DNA of 64,000 bases. Origin: Candidatus Kapaibacterium sp. (GTDB lineage Bacteria > Bacteroidota > Ignavibacteria > Kapaibacteriales > UBA4661). Within the stretch, counting starts at the first letter, position 1, and each line of letters opens with the position of its first letter. The notes beneath the pieces were generated by a model. That model was not told where the DNA came from, made no database searches, and saw only the letters and a list, made by a program, of their open reading frames with translations. The position numbers and the translations under genes are program-made. Location: contig JALONG010000011.1 of assembly GCA_025455065.1 (NCBI GenBank), positions 27,738 through 91,737 on the forward strand. Reading direction: 5' to 3'. Below, in pieces: positions 28,811-38,039 of the stretch.

Positions 28811-29452
28811 TTACCCCACAAACTTGTTGCGTTCTTTCTTGAGTTCTCGCACAATATACTGCAAACGCTTGTTGGAAAGCCGCTTTTCGGCAAGCGGGAT
28901 ATAGCGCTCAGTGGTGTTGTTGATGTAAGTAATCGGGTTGCGTTTGAGATTAAATTCGAGGCAACGGAAGTTATCCAACCGTGCAACAAGGCGGATGAGT
29001 AGGCAATCTTCGCTGGCATTGCGCAATTTTTCGACGTGTGCCAAATCAATTTCGTCGGGCTTTTGACGTTGAATTTGGAGATCTTTTGTCAGTGTTTCGA
29101 CGATGTAAGCAACGTATTGACCAAAATTGTATTCGATAACTTCTTTGGTAACGGTCGTAGAATCCTCTAAAACGTCGTGCAGAAGCGCTGCCGAGAGGAT
29201 GTCCACATCGAAACATTCCAATTCGTCAATTAAAATTTTGCATACGCGCGTCGAGTGATAGAAAAAGGGCGTTCCGTCATTGCGAATAAGCGACTCGTGG
29301 ACGCTTTCGGCGAGTTCGTAGGCACTGAGAATTTTGTGCAAATCCAAAACATCAACGGTGTCGCGCAGACGGGATTCTAACTCGGCTTTGCCCAGAAACG
29401 TACGGTTATACGGCGTTGCATTGGGTTCAAGATTGAAGTAGGGCTGCTTCAT
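28811..29452 (-). CDS. Stand-alone HD-domain protein, RelA/SpoT hydrolase-like (small alarmone hydrolase family)
   Basis: AESVH...R.DG.PF..H, AALLHDVLED, FG..VA.IVE.LTK, RLDN. Confidence 0.8.
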   Translation of the reverse strand: MKQPYFNLEPNATPYNRTFLGKAELESRLRDTVDVLDLHKILSAYELAESVHESLIRNDGTPFFYHSTRVCKILIDELECFDVDILSAALLHDVLEDSTTVTKEVIEYNFGQYVAYIVETLTKDLQIQRQKPDEIDLAHVEKLRNASEDCLLIRLVARLDNFRCLEFNLKRNPITYINNTTERYIPLAEKRLSNKRLQYIVRELKKERNKFVG

Positions 29453-29538
29453 AACGTGGTTTCGATGAAGAATGAGGAATTAATACGTGGGCTGCTCCCT
29501 GAAAGGCTTTCCTTTTGAGGCGTTCCCTTTGCTCACCG

Positions 29539-29570
29539 CAAAAATACATTCTTTCCCGTCATTGCACAAG
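29539..29570 (-). promoter_or_regulatory. Bacteroidota-type sigma70 promoter for the HD gene
   Basis: Minus strand reads CTTG-N20-TATTTTTG (TAnnTTTG -7 box at 29539-29546). Confidence 0.5.
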
Positions 29571-29610
29571 CAGATTAGGAAATGGCGAAATTCTTTCCTC
29601 TACAAAACCG

Positions 29611-32046
29611 CTATACCACCTTTGCTAGTGGCAAAGTAAAGGTAAACGTTGTGCCACTACCTTCGGTGCTTTCGACGCGAATAGTACCACCGTTTTTCTC
29701 GACCAATTCCTTGCACAACACCAGCCCCAAGCCGCTTCCTGTCTCATCTTCCGTGCCTTTGGTTGTGTGGACGACATCAATGCGGAAGAGTTTGTCTGCG
29801 TCTTCTTTGCTCATACCGACACCGGTATCGCTGACGGAAATTTCCACCAACTTCGGTTTTTTCGTGCTTTGCGCTGCACTAATAGTGACGCTGCCGCCTG
29901 CGGGTGTGAATTTCAGCGCGTTAGAAACAAGATTTTGCACCACAGAGCGAATCATATTTTCATCGGCATAGACCGCCAAAGCGCTTGAAACCTCGCAATT
30001 GAGTACAATCCCTTTTGCATTGGCATTCTCTCGGAAAAGCGCCTCCACCGGAGCAACAATCTCCTCAAGCGGCAACACTGTTGGTTGATATTTCATGCGC
30101 CCGGTGTGTGCTTGCGCCCATTTGAGCAGATTCTCCATGAAATCAAACACGTTATTTGCTTGGGTATTCAGTGCCGCAGCAAGTTCCTGAATGTCGCTTC
30201 GTTCCAACTCTCCTGCGCCTTCAGCGAGTAATTTGGTAATGCCTAACAGCGACGAAAAGGGGCTGCGTAAATCATGCGAAATAATCGAAAAAAACTTGTC
30301 TTTGCTGCTGTTCAAATCTTCCAACTCTTTCTGCTTTTGCATGAGTTCGCCGTTGAGTTGCAAGAGCATATCCGATTGGCGCTCCAGTGCTGATTTTTGC
30401 TCCGAAACAAGCGTGGTGTAGTGCTGCATATTTGCTTGCGCTGCTTTACGCTCATCAATGTTTTCCAGCATCCGAATCACAAACGCGGGTTTTCCTGACG
30501 TATCGCGCACAAGCGATGCCGTTACGTTTGTCCAAATCGGCGAGCCGTCACGGTGAAGATATTGTAATTCCAGCGTATAGGAATCAATTGAGCCGGAAAG
30601 CAGTTCGTAGAAGAGTTCTGCGCTGCGGTCGCGGTCTTCGGGACGCACAAAATCAAGAAAGTGGCGGTTGCGCACTTCATCTTCCGAATATCCCAAAAAG
30701 CGCTCTACTTGTTTGTTACACGCAATCAATTGTCCTTGCGGGTTCAAGATAGAAACTGCAAGCGGCGCACGGTCAAAAATGGTGCGGAACCGCGCTTCGC
30801 TCTCCCGCAATGCCTCTTCTGACAATTTGCGATCGAAGGCGTGAACAAGCGTTTCTGCCACCAAACGCAGCATCCGCACTTCCTCTTTCGACCACACACG
30901 CTCTTGCTTGACAACGCTCAAACCAATCAGCCCAATCACGCGCCCTTCGATATGAAGCGGAACAACAAGCAGGGATTTCGTTCCGGCGGCTTCCAATCCC
31001 TCGCGCAGTGCTACGGCTTCGGGCGGAAGCGTGTCCATACGGGCGATTTGGATGGAGCGCAACTGCTCCAAACGGTCAAACGCCCAGCGCAAGCCTGATG
31101 GAGCGATTTCTCGAATTTGAATAGGGGAAATTCCGGGTGCAGACCACGAGTACGCATCCCGCATAATATCTGCTTTGACGGTCTTATTGAATGCGGCTTC
31201 AATCGAGGTTTGCGGACTGAGAAAAATATAGCATCGATCGGATTTGCTTGATTCTCCAACTTGACGCAGTGCTTCTTGCACCGTTGTATCAATTTCGGCA
31301 ACGCTTGCCTGCGCAAACATCCGCGAAACGTTTGCCGTTGCTTTTTCCAGTGAAGAATGATAATCCAAGAGTTCTTGCGCTTCGCGGAGCGATTGAATAT
31401 CGTGCAAGTAGCCTAAAATCACACTAACTTTGCCCTCTTGCGTACGCTCCATGACATAACGACGGTCTTGCACCCACCTGTAGGAACCGTCTGAACAGCG
31501 CATCCGCGCTTGCACATCGAAAAACGGCATTTCCGCATCAGTTTCTTCCGCAGCCATATTCATGCGCTCAAGTTGTTCTTGATGCAGTTCCAAAATTGCT
31601 GCTCGCTCTTCAGGATGCAGGTGTGATTGTAGCATTTCCACTTCGCCACTCAGAATACCTGCGGGGTCATAACCATAACGGCGAATTGCTTGATTTACAT
31701 AAAGATAGCGATTAGTTTCGGGGTTAAACAGATAAATCACATCCGGCAACAGCGTATCAATGACCTGTACAAGCCATTGGTTAAATGCCAAACGCCCCGC
31801 AAGCGAGGTGGTATCGGATTGCGTTGTGTGCAGTGCAGGAAATAAAGCGGCACCCGATGTTCCTCCCAATATCGCCGCAAGGCGCTCAAAAGAAGCATCG
31901 TCTTTGCAAAACTGCCGCAGTTGCTCTATCGTACTTGCGGCTATGCTCTCTGTACGCGGATCAAAAGGCTGCATAGGATATATCCCCAAACGTTGATGGG
32001 CGAGTGAACCAAGATTCACAAACGGTCGTTGAAAGGTCTTTGTCAT
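29611..32046 (-). CDS. PAS-GAF-PAS sensor histidine kinase
   Basis: PAS/PAC, GAF, H-box SIISHDLRSPF, NLVSNALKFT, DTGVGM, GSGLGL. Confidence 0.92.
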   Translation of the reverse strand: MTKTFQRPFVNLGSLAHQRLGIYPMQPFDPRTESIAASTIEQLRQFCKDDASFERLAAILGGTSGAALFPALHTTQSDTTSLAGRLAFNQWLVQVIDTLLPDVIYLFNPETNRYLYVNQAIRRYGYDPAGILSGEVEMLQSHLHPEERAAILELHQEQLERMNMAAEETDAEMPFFDVQARMRCSDGSYRWVQDRRYVMERTQEGKVSVILGYLHDIQSLREAQELLDYHSSLEKATANVSRMFAQASVAEIDTTVQEALRQVGESSKSDRCYIFLSPQTSIEAAFNKTVKADIMRDAYSWSAPGISPIQIREIAPSGLRWAFDRLEQLRSIQIARMDTLPPEAVALREGLEAAGTKSLLVVPLHIEGRVIGLIGLSVVKQERVWSKEEVRMLRLVAETLVHAFDRKLSEEALRESEARFRTIFDRAPLAVSILNPQGQLIACNKQVERFLGYSEDEVRNRHFLDFVRPEDRDRSAELFYELLSGSIDSYTLELQYLHRDGSPIWTNVTASLVRDTSGKPAFVIRMLENIDERKAAQANMQHYTTLVSEQKSALERQSDMLLQLNGELMQKQKELEDLNSSKDKFFSIISHDLRSPFSSLLGITKLLAEGAGELERSDIQELAAALNTQANNVFDFMENLLKWAQAHTGRMKYQPTVLPLEEIVAPVEALFRENANAKGIVLNCEVSSALAVYADENMIRSVVQNLVSNALKFTPAGGSVTISAAQSTKKPKLVEISVSDTGVGMSKEDADKLFRIDVVHTTKGTEDETGSGLGLVLCKELVEKNGGTIRVESTEGSGTTFTFTLPLAKVV

Positions 32047-32218
32047 CGAAAAAATGTCGGTATTGAAAACACGATATTGAAAAAATTATTCACATTCTGT
32101 GTTCTCTAAAAACGAATATAACGAAAATATATTGTTTAAGTGAATAATCTTGCTTTTTGCAATACGAAATACAGAACGAAAAAGATTCAATATTAGCCAC
32201 AGTATCATTGTATATCAA

Positions 32219-33682
32219 TCACTTATACTGTTGCGCCCAAATGCTATTCGAGGAAAATTGCGGTTTGCGGCGATTCCCAAGCGCACTGCGCGTAAATGCG
32301 GCTGCCGCAGCGATGATGTTCTGCATTTCCTCCGGCACTTGTTTGTGCCAATTCTCTTGCACAAAAAAAGTCGAGTATTTCCCCGTGCGGAAAGGTTCGG
32401 AATTAATCGCAAATTTACAGAAAGGAATTGTTGTGTTGAAGCCGCTCAAATGGTAGTTGTCCAGCGCACCGAGCGCACGTTCAATCGCTTCATTGCGGTC
32501 GCGTCCCCAAACAATCAACTTTGCAGCCATTGAATCGTAGTGAATACCGCTCTCATAGCCGACATACAGCGCAGAATCGTTACGAATATACTCTGCTTCG
32601 GGAAGCGCGAGATAGCTGATAACACCTGCATCGGGGAAGAAATCATTATAGACATCTTCCACACAAATACGGCACTCAATGGCGTGTCCTTTCGGCGTGA
32701 TGTCCTCTTGCTTCAGCGTCAGAACTTCTCCCGCAGCAATGCGTAATTGATGCTCAACCAAATCCACGCCCGTAACTGCTTCGGTAACGGGATGCTCCAC
32801 CTGAAGCCGCGTATTAACTTCCATAAAATAGAATTTGCCCGAAGCATCCAAAAGAAATTCCAGTGTTCCGGCGTTGGTATATTTTGCCGCCTGTACCAAC
32901 CGCGAAGCCGCTTCACCCATAGCTTTGCGGAGTTCCGGCGTAATAGCGGTGGAGGGCGATTCTTCCACAACTTTTTGGTGTCGGCGTTGAATCGAACACT
33001 CGCGTTCGGGGAAATACAGCACGTTGCCGTGCGTGTCGGCGAGAATTTGAATTTCGATGTGACGCGGACGAACAATGTATTTTTCGATAAACACGCGGTC
33101 ATCGGCAAATGCCGTCAAAGCCTCTCCCTGTGCGCTTGCCAAGCCGCTTTCGAGTTCTTCCATCTGCTCCACAACACGCATCCCTTTTCCACCGCCGCCT
33201 GCGGCAGCTTTCAAAATAACGGGGAAGCCGATTTTTTCGGCATAATCACGCACTTCTTCATATGACGAAACGGCACTTGTCGAACCCGCAGCAAACGGCA
33301 CATTGGAAGCCTCCGCAAGCGCACGGGCGGCTGTTTTGTCGCCTAAGCGGTCAATCGCTTCCGGCGACGGTCCGATAAACACGATGCCTGCTTCGGCGAC
33401 ACGCTGCGCAAAATCGTGGTTTTCCGACAAAAAACCGTAGCCCGGGTGAATCGCCTCTGCTCCGGTTTTCTTTGCTGCATCCAACACTTTGTCCATCACC
33501 AAATAGCTCTCGCGCGGCGTAAAACCGCCGATTGCAATCGCTTCATCCGCCTCGCGGACGTGAATAGATTGTTTGTCCGCATCAGAGTAAATTGCTACGG
33601 TTGCGATGCCCATTTTGCGGCACGTTTTAATGATGCGGAGTGCTATTTCACCGCGATTGGCAATGAGTATTTTTTTGAACAT
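32219..33682 (-). CDS. accC: Biotin carboxylase subunit of an acetyl/propionyl/methylcrotonyl-CoA carboxylase
   Basis: MFKKILIANRGEIA, HPGYGFLSEN, GGGGKGMR, RECSIQRRHQK, EVNTRLQVEHPVTE; no fused biotin-carrier domain. Confidence 0.9.
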   Translation of the reverse strand: MFKKILIANRGEIALRIIKTCRKMGIATVAIYSDADKQSIHVREADEAIAIGGFTPRESYLVMDKVLDAAKKTGAEAIHPGYGFLSENHDFAQRVAEAGIVFIGPSPEAIDRLGDKTAARALAEASNVPFAAGSTSAVSSYEEVRDYAEKIGFPVILKAAAGGGGKGMRVVEQMEELESGLASAQGEALTAFADDRVFIEKYIVRPRHIEIQILADTHGNVLYFPERECSIQRRHQKVVEESPSTAITPELRKAMGEAASRLVQAAKYTNAGTLEFLLDASGKFYFMEVNTRLQVEHPVTEAVTGVDLVEHQLRIAAGEVLTLKQEDITPKGHAIECRICVEDVYNDFFPDAGVISYLALPEAEYIRNDSALYVGYESGIHYDSMAAKLIVWGRDRNEAIERALGALDNYHLSGFNTTIPFCKFAINSEPFRTGKYSTFFVQENWHKQVPEEMQNIIAAAAAFTRSALGNRRKPQFSSNSIWAQQYK

Positions 33683-33846
33683 AAATTTGGAAACATTGAC
33701 GTTGCACAAAGGAATTGACAGAAACAATAAATTACGCAATGATGCGCTTTTGAGCAACCTTTTTTCGTTGGTAAAAGAATTGCACCAATGCAGGTTTTTT
33801 CACTGCTTGCTTTTACCGCGAAACAATACTATTTTACCGCGTAGTT

Positions 33847-36800
33847 TTGGCAGTACATGGCATCACTGCATCACAACTTTACTGCACGATACCTCATTTT
33901 CTTCATCTCCTTTTCCTCGTGGTTATGCGCTCACAGCACACGTTTTTTTGCAAGGGGCAATATTCGCAGAGTACAACATTTGCGCTTATTCCTGCCCTTT
34001 TGATGTCCCTTTGCTTTCTGTGGATGTTGCTTGCTTTTGCGAATATTCTGACCGCGCAAACAATCCCGATTTCTCCCAAAACCATCAAAGACAGCAAAGG
34101 AAGAGACTTTTGGCTGGCGTTTCCGCGTAACCACCACCAAACCGACATCAATCTTGACAGGCTGTACATCAGCATTGCTTCGGAGCGTATAACGCGGGGG
34201 CGCATTGAATTTCGACAAGCAGGGCGTTTACGCACTGAGAATTTTTCTCTAAGTGCAAACGATGTATTCACGTTGGAATTACCTGTGAGCGGCTTGGAAA
34301 TTGACGAGGATATTGTTTCACGCAAAAGTTTTCACATTATCGCCGACGAGGAAGTTTCTGTCTATGGTCTTACCGTCGCAAACACCACAAGCGATGCGTT
34401 TTTGGCGTTTCCGACGGATGTGTTGGGGCGTGAATATGTCATTACGTCCTACCCAAGCAATTTGACCTTGCAAAATAACGGCAGAACGGTGAACACTGTT
34501 GCCTCAACGATGTCGCAATTTGCCTTGCTTGCCGTTGAAGACAGCACCGTTGTTCATATTCGCCCAACGGCGAGGGTCTGGGGCGCAAGCACCGTTGCGT
34601 CGTTTACGGTGGTGTTGAATCAAGGCGAAACGTATTTGGTCTCCAATTATCTTGTACCCGAAAACGCCCTGATTGATTACACAGGGTCTCGCGTTACTTC
34701 TACTAAGCCGCTTGTCGTCTATTCCGGGCATGAACGTGCTGCCATTCCCATCAATAGCGCCTCATCAAGAGATTGTTTAATTGAGCAGATGCTTCCTCTG
34801 GAAGTATGGGGCAAAACAGCGCTCGTTGTGCCGTATCCCAGACCAACACAAGGCGGAGCAGATTTTGGATGCGATAGAATTCGTGTCGTTGCCGGCTACG
34901 ACAATACCATCGTTCAGGTAAACAGCGTCACCGTTGCAACGCTGCCTGCGGGTGGCTTTTACGAAATGGTGATTTCGACCGAAGCATCGGTTGTTACGTC
35001 CGAACCCAGCATGGTTTCAGGATATAAATGCAGTTCTCAGCGCCCGGGAAATACCACGATTATCGGCGACCCTTTTTTAGCGGTCATTCCGCCTGTGGAG
35101 CAGTATTTGACGCGGTATCGGTTTAATTGTGTGCAAGGTCTTCAAGTTGCGCAAGGTGGCTTCAGCCGCTTCGAGCCTGCGTTTCAAGAACATTTCGTTA
35201 CAGTGATTGTGCCTTCGACCAAGGCAACGACAGTTGTTTTGGACGGGCGAGCAGTTTTAGCGCAAAATTTTCGGCGCATTCCGCAATCTGATTATTCCTA
35301 TGCAAGTATTCAGATTGGCGAAGGAACGCACAGTATCAACGCTGATACGACCTTTGGTATCACCGTTGCAGGCTACGGACGGGCAAATTCCTACGGGTAC
35401 ATCGGCGGACAGCGCTTTGAGACGGATATTCGTCCGCCGCAAATCGTTGTAAACCGCTCCTGCACAGGTCTTCGGGGTATGACTTTTGACAGCAATTATA
35501 CCGATTCCAAGATTTTTTTCTACGACACGCTCAGTGCAGCACAGCGCAATATCCGCTTCCGCTTTGGTTCATTGCCGCGTCCGGCGGATTCGCTGAGTTT
35601 TGAAGCAGATTTGCTGAATCCTTACGAAGATGGTTCCTTGGGGCTGATAGTAGTGGATTCGCTGGATTTACGCACAGTGCAGCGTATTGTCGTGCCGGGT
35701 TTCACCGTTCACCGCGACCCGACAATCCGCACCAATGCTGTTGTTTCGACTTCCAGCATCATGCGGCTTGCAACGGGGCGCGATTACTGCTTTCGGCTTA
35801 ATTTGACAAATTATGGCGCAACCAACCAAACCATTCAGAACGTCGGTTTTGCGCGGGGTTTACGGCAATTTTCTTCAAACCTTTCGCGTCCGGTCAGGAT
35901 TGAACCACGTACACAAGGCACGGTGGAATACTGCTTCCGCTCGAACGAAGACGGCTTGTTTATTGATACTTTGACCATTACCAACGGCTGCATCACGCGC
36001 CCGATTCTCGCTATTCGCATCGAAGCCGCACAAGACCGCTTTGCGCCAGTGCTTGCAAAAAGCAGTGATTCGTGTAATCGTACAACGACGTTTGAAGCCT
36101 CTGACAACCGTACATTTGATGCGGGTTTGGACAAAATTGAAATGTCGCTTATTAACCTAACACCACAGCAAACGTTCATCGGCGATGCCGCATCTGTGCC
36201 GGACAGCACAAAGCGCCCCGTCCGCCTTACGCTCACAGTGGTGAATCCTCGTGCTGATGCGGTCTATGCACTGCGTTTCATAGATTCCGTCGGAAATGTT
36301 ACCACCGCCCAAGACACGATACGCGGCTTCACGGCGCGGTTTATACCTTCGCCCGACACAACGACTGGTACGTTGCGCACCGTTAGTGTCATAAACGGAG
36401 GAAATTCTCGTCAAGAGTACCGTTTTACTGCGGTGGAGGCTTCAATGCTGACCTGCGGAACGATTGCCGTACAGAATACAGGCATTGTGCCGTTTGTTTT
36501 TGAACAATCGTATTTAAGCCGCAATGTCAATTTTTCGCTGCCGCCTGCGCAACTCCCCTTTGTAATTCCTGCCGGAGCCAGGCGATTGCTGACGGTCTGC
36601 TTCAATCCGCCGCTTGTGGCAAATTACCGCGATACCATCAGCATAACGCGATTTTGCATCACTGACCAAATAGCTCTTGTCGGCGAAGGCTTAACTGCCA
36701 CACGCTTTGCCGGAACCCGTTGTGATGCAATTGTCCGCTTAACGCCGCGCTACGGAAGCGGCTCTGCCGCTCAGGCGCAAACGCTGTCCATTCGCCATTA

Positions 36801-37047
36801 TCCCGACCCTGCGAATGACCATTTTTCCCTGAGTTTTGAAGTTGCCGAAACGCAAGCGCTGACAGTGAATGTGTATTCGATGCTGGGAACGCTTGTTGCG
36901 TCCTTGCCCAAGCAGAGATTTGAAACGGGTGCATACCAACTAACACTGAATGTGCCAACGTTGGAAGCAGGTGCGTACTATTGCGAAGTACAATCCGACA
37001 AGCCCGATGTCAAACGCTGGACAGGACTGGTGAGAATTGCGCGGTAG
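33847..37047 (+). CDS. IgGFc-binding-domain protein with Ig-like domains and T9SS type-A C-terminal domain
   Basis: GRDFWLAF, SDAFLAFPTDVLG..Y, GDPFL..IPP.EQY, SYGYIGG; C-terminal YPDPA...GAYY. True start is likely downstream. Confidence 0.8.
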   Translation: MAVHGITASQLYCTIPHFLHLLFLVVMRSQHTFFCKGQYSQSTTFALIPALLMSLCFLWMLLAFANILTAQTIPISPKTIKDSKGRDFWLAFPRNHHQTDINLDRLYISIASERITRGRIEFRQAGRLRTENFSLSANDVFTLELPVSGLEIDEDIVSRKSFHIIADEEVSVYGLTVANTTSDAFLAFPTDVLGREYVITSYPSNLTLQNNGRTVNTVASTMSQFALLAVEDSTVVHIRPTARVWGASTVASFTVVLNQGETYLVSNYLVPENALIDYTGSRVTSTKPLVVYSGHERAAIPINSASSRDCLIEQMLPLEVWGKTALVVPYPRPTQGGADFGCDRIRVVAGYDNTIVQVNSVTVATLPAGGFYEMVISTEASVVTSEPSMVSGYKCSSQRPGNTTIIGDPFLAVIPPVEQYLTRYRFNCVQGLQVAQGGFSRFEPAFQEHFVTVIVPSTKATTVVLDGRAVLAQNFRRIPQSDYSYASIQIGEGTHSINADTTFGITVAGYGRANSYGYIGGQRFETDIRPPQIVVNRSCTGLRGMTFDSNYTDSKIFFYDTLSAAQRNIRFRFGSLPRPADSLSFEADLLNPYEDGSLGLIVVDSLDLRTVQRIVVPGFTVHRDPTIRTNAVVSTSSIMRLATGRDYCFRLNLTNYGATNQTIQNVGFARGLRQFSSNLSRPVRIEPRTQGTVEYCFRSNEDGLFIDTLTITNGCITRPILAIRIEAAQDRFAPVLAKSSDSCNRTTTFEASDNRTFDAGLDKIEMSLINLTPQQTFIGDAASVPDSTKRPVRLTLTVVNPRADAVYALRFIDSVGNVTTAQDTIRGFTARFIPSPDTTTGTLRTVSVINGGNSRQEYRFTAVEASMLTCGTIAVQNTGIVPFVFEQSYLSRNVNFSLPPAQLPFVIPAGARRLLTVCFNPPLVANYRDTISITRFCITDQIALVGEGLTATRFAGTRCDAIVRLTPRYGSGSAAQAQTLSIRHYPDPANDHFSLSFEVAETQALTVNVYSMLGTLVASLPKQRFETGAYQLTLNVPTLEAGAYYCEVQSDKPDVKRWTGLVRIAR

Positions 37048-37140
37048 TGTGTATGCGGTCTGAGGCGTGGTGTTTGGTAAAAAAATCGTATTTTTGCTGC
37101 AAGGCGCACAGTAATTTTCCCCCTTCAAATTCTCAAGACC

Positions 37141-37824
37141 ATGACAACCATCGAACAAATCGAACAACTCTTGGCGCAAATAACCATGCGCCTCGACCAA
37201 AGCATTCTCAGCACGGAGGCATATAAAGCCCAGATTGCCGCTTCGCAGGAAGCCGCAGAGCAACGCGCTGAAAAAGCAGACCGCCAAATGGCGGAAATAC
37301 GCGCAGCTGCCGAGAAACGGGCAGAAGAAGCCGATAAGCGATCAAAAGACCTCGACCGCCGCATCCAAGAAGTCAGCAAACAACTTGGCGGTTTAGGGAA
37401 TAAATTCGGCTCATTTACCGAAGGCTTGTTGCTCCCGTCGGTGGAGAAAATCTTGCGCAAAAAGTTTGGTGTGACCGATTTTTATATGCGGCTCAAAACC
37501 AAGCATGGCGAGGATTTGCAAGAATTGGACGGCTTCGGTTTTGTCAATGGTGCGAAAAATGTCGGGTTTATTGTCGAGGTAAAAAGTCATTTGGATAATC
37601 GCAGCATAGAGCAGACACTCAAGCAACTACGGGATTTCGGCAGATTTCACCCACATTTTAAGGGAATGAAACTGCACGGTATCATTGCTGCGGTGGACAC
37701 GGTTTCGGAATCGCAGCGCAAAGCGGTGTTTAATGCGGGGCTGTATTTGGTGACGGTGAATGATGATGTTGCTTCCATGCCTACGCCTCCGAAAGGTTTT
37801 ATGCCCTTTACCGAGATTGCCTGA
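37141..37824 (+). CDS. Coiled-coil + PD-(D/E)xK protein (DUF3782-like)
   Basis: Repetitive coiled coil, LGGLGNKFGSFTEG, ELD...IVEVKS, GLY. Confidence 0.75.
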   Translation: MTTIEQIEQLLAQITMRLDQSILSTEAYKAQIAASQEAAEQRAEKADRQMAEIRAAAEKRAEEADKRSKDLDRRIQEVSKQLGGLGNKFGSFTEGLLLPSVEKILRKKFGVTDFYMRLKTKHGEDLQELDGFGFVNGAKNVGFIVEVKSHLDNRSIEQTLKQLRDFGRFHPHFKGMKLHGIIAAVDTVSESQRKAVFNAGLYLVTVNDDVASMPTPPKGFMPFTEIA

Positions 37825-37844
37825 AAAACATATTGTTCAAAACA

Positions 37845-37878
37845 AAACCCGCTTAGAATCAAGATTCTAAGCGGGTTT
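37845..37878 (+). terminator. Hairpin terminator between convergent genes
   Basis: AAACCCGCTTAGAATC-AA-GATTCTAAGCGGGTTT perfect palindrome. Confidence 0.75.
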
Positions 37879-37972
37879 CCTGTTCTTTCTTTGCGCTAAT
37901 GTACGCCGAATATTTTTTGCTTCATTCCATTGCGACAAGAACATTATTGCTTTGAAAGCCGCATGAAAGCTC

Positions 37973-37997
37973 GCACAGACAAGAATGTCCGTGCCAC
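37973..37997 (-). repeat. Single REP copy (GTGG variant)
   Basis: Reverse complement is GTGGCACGGACATTCTTGTCTGTGC, nearly identical to the REP at 12330. Confidence 0.75.
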
Positions 37998-38039
37998 TGA
38001 AGCCTGTTTTTATACACAACGATTAACGCACTATCCGTA

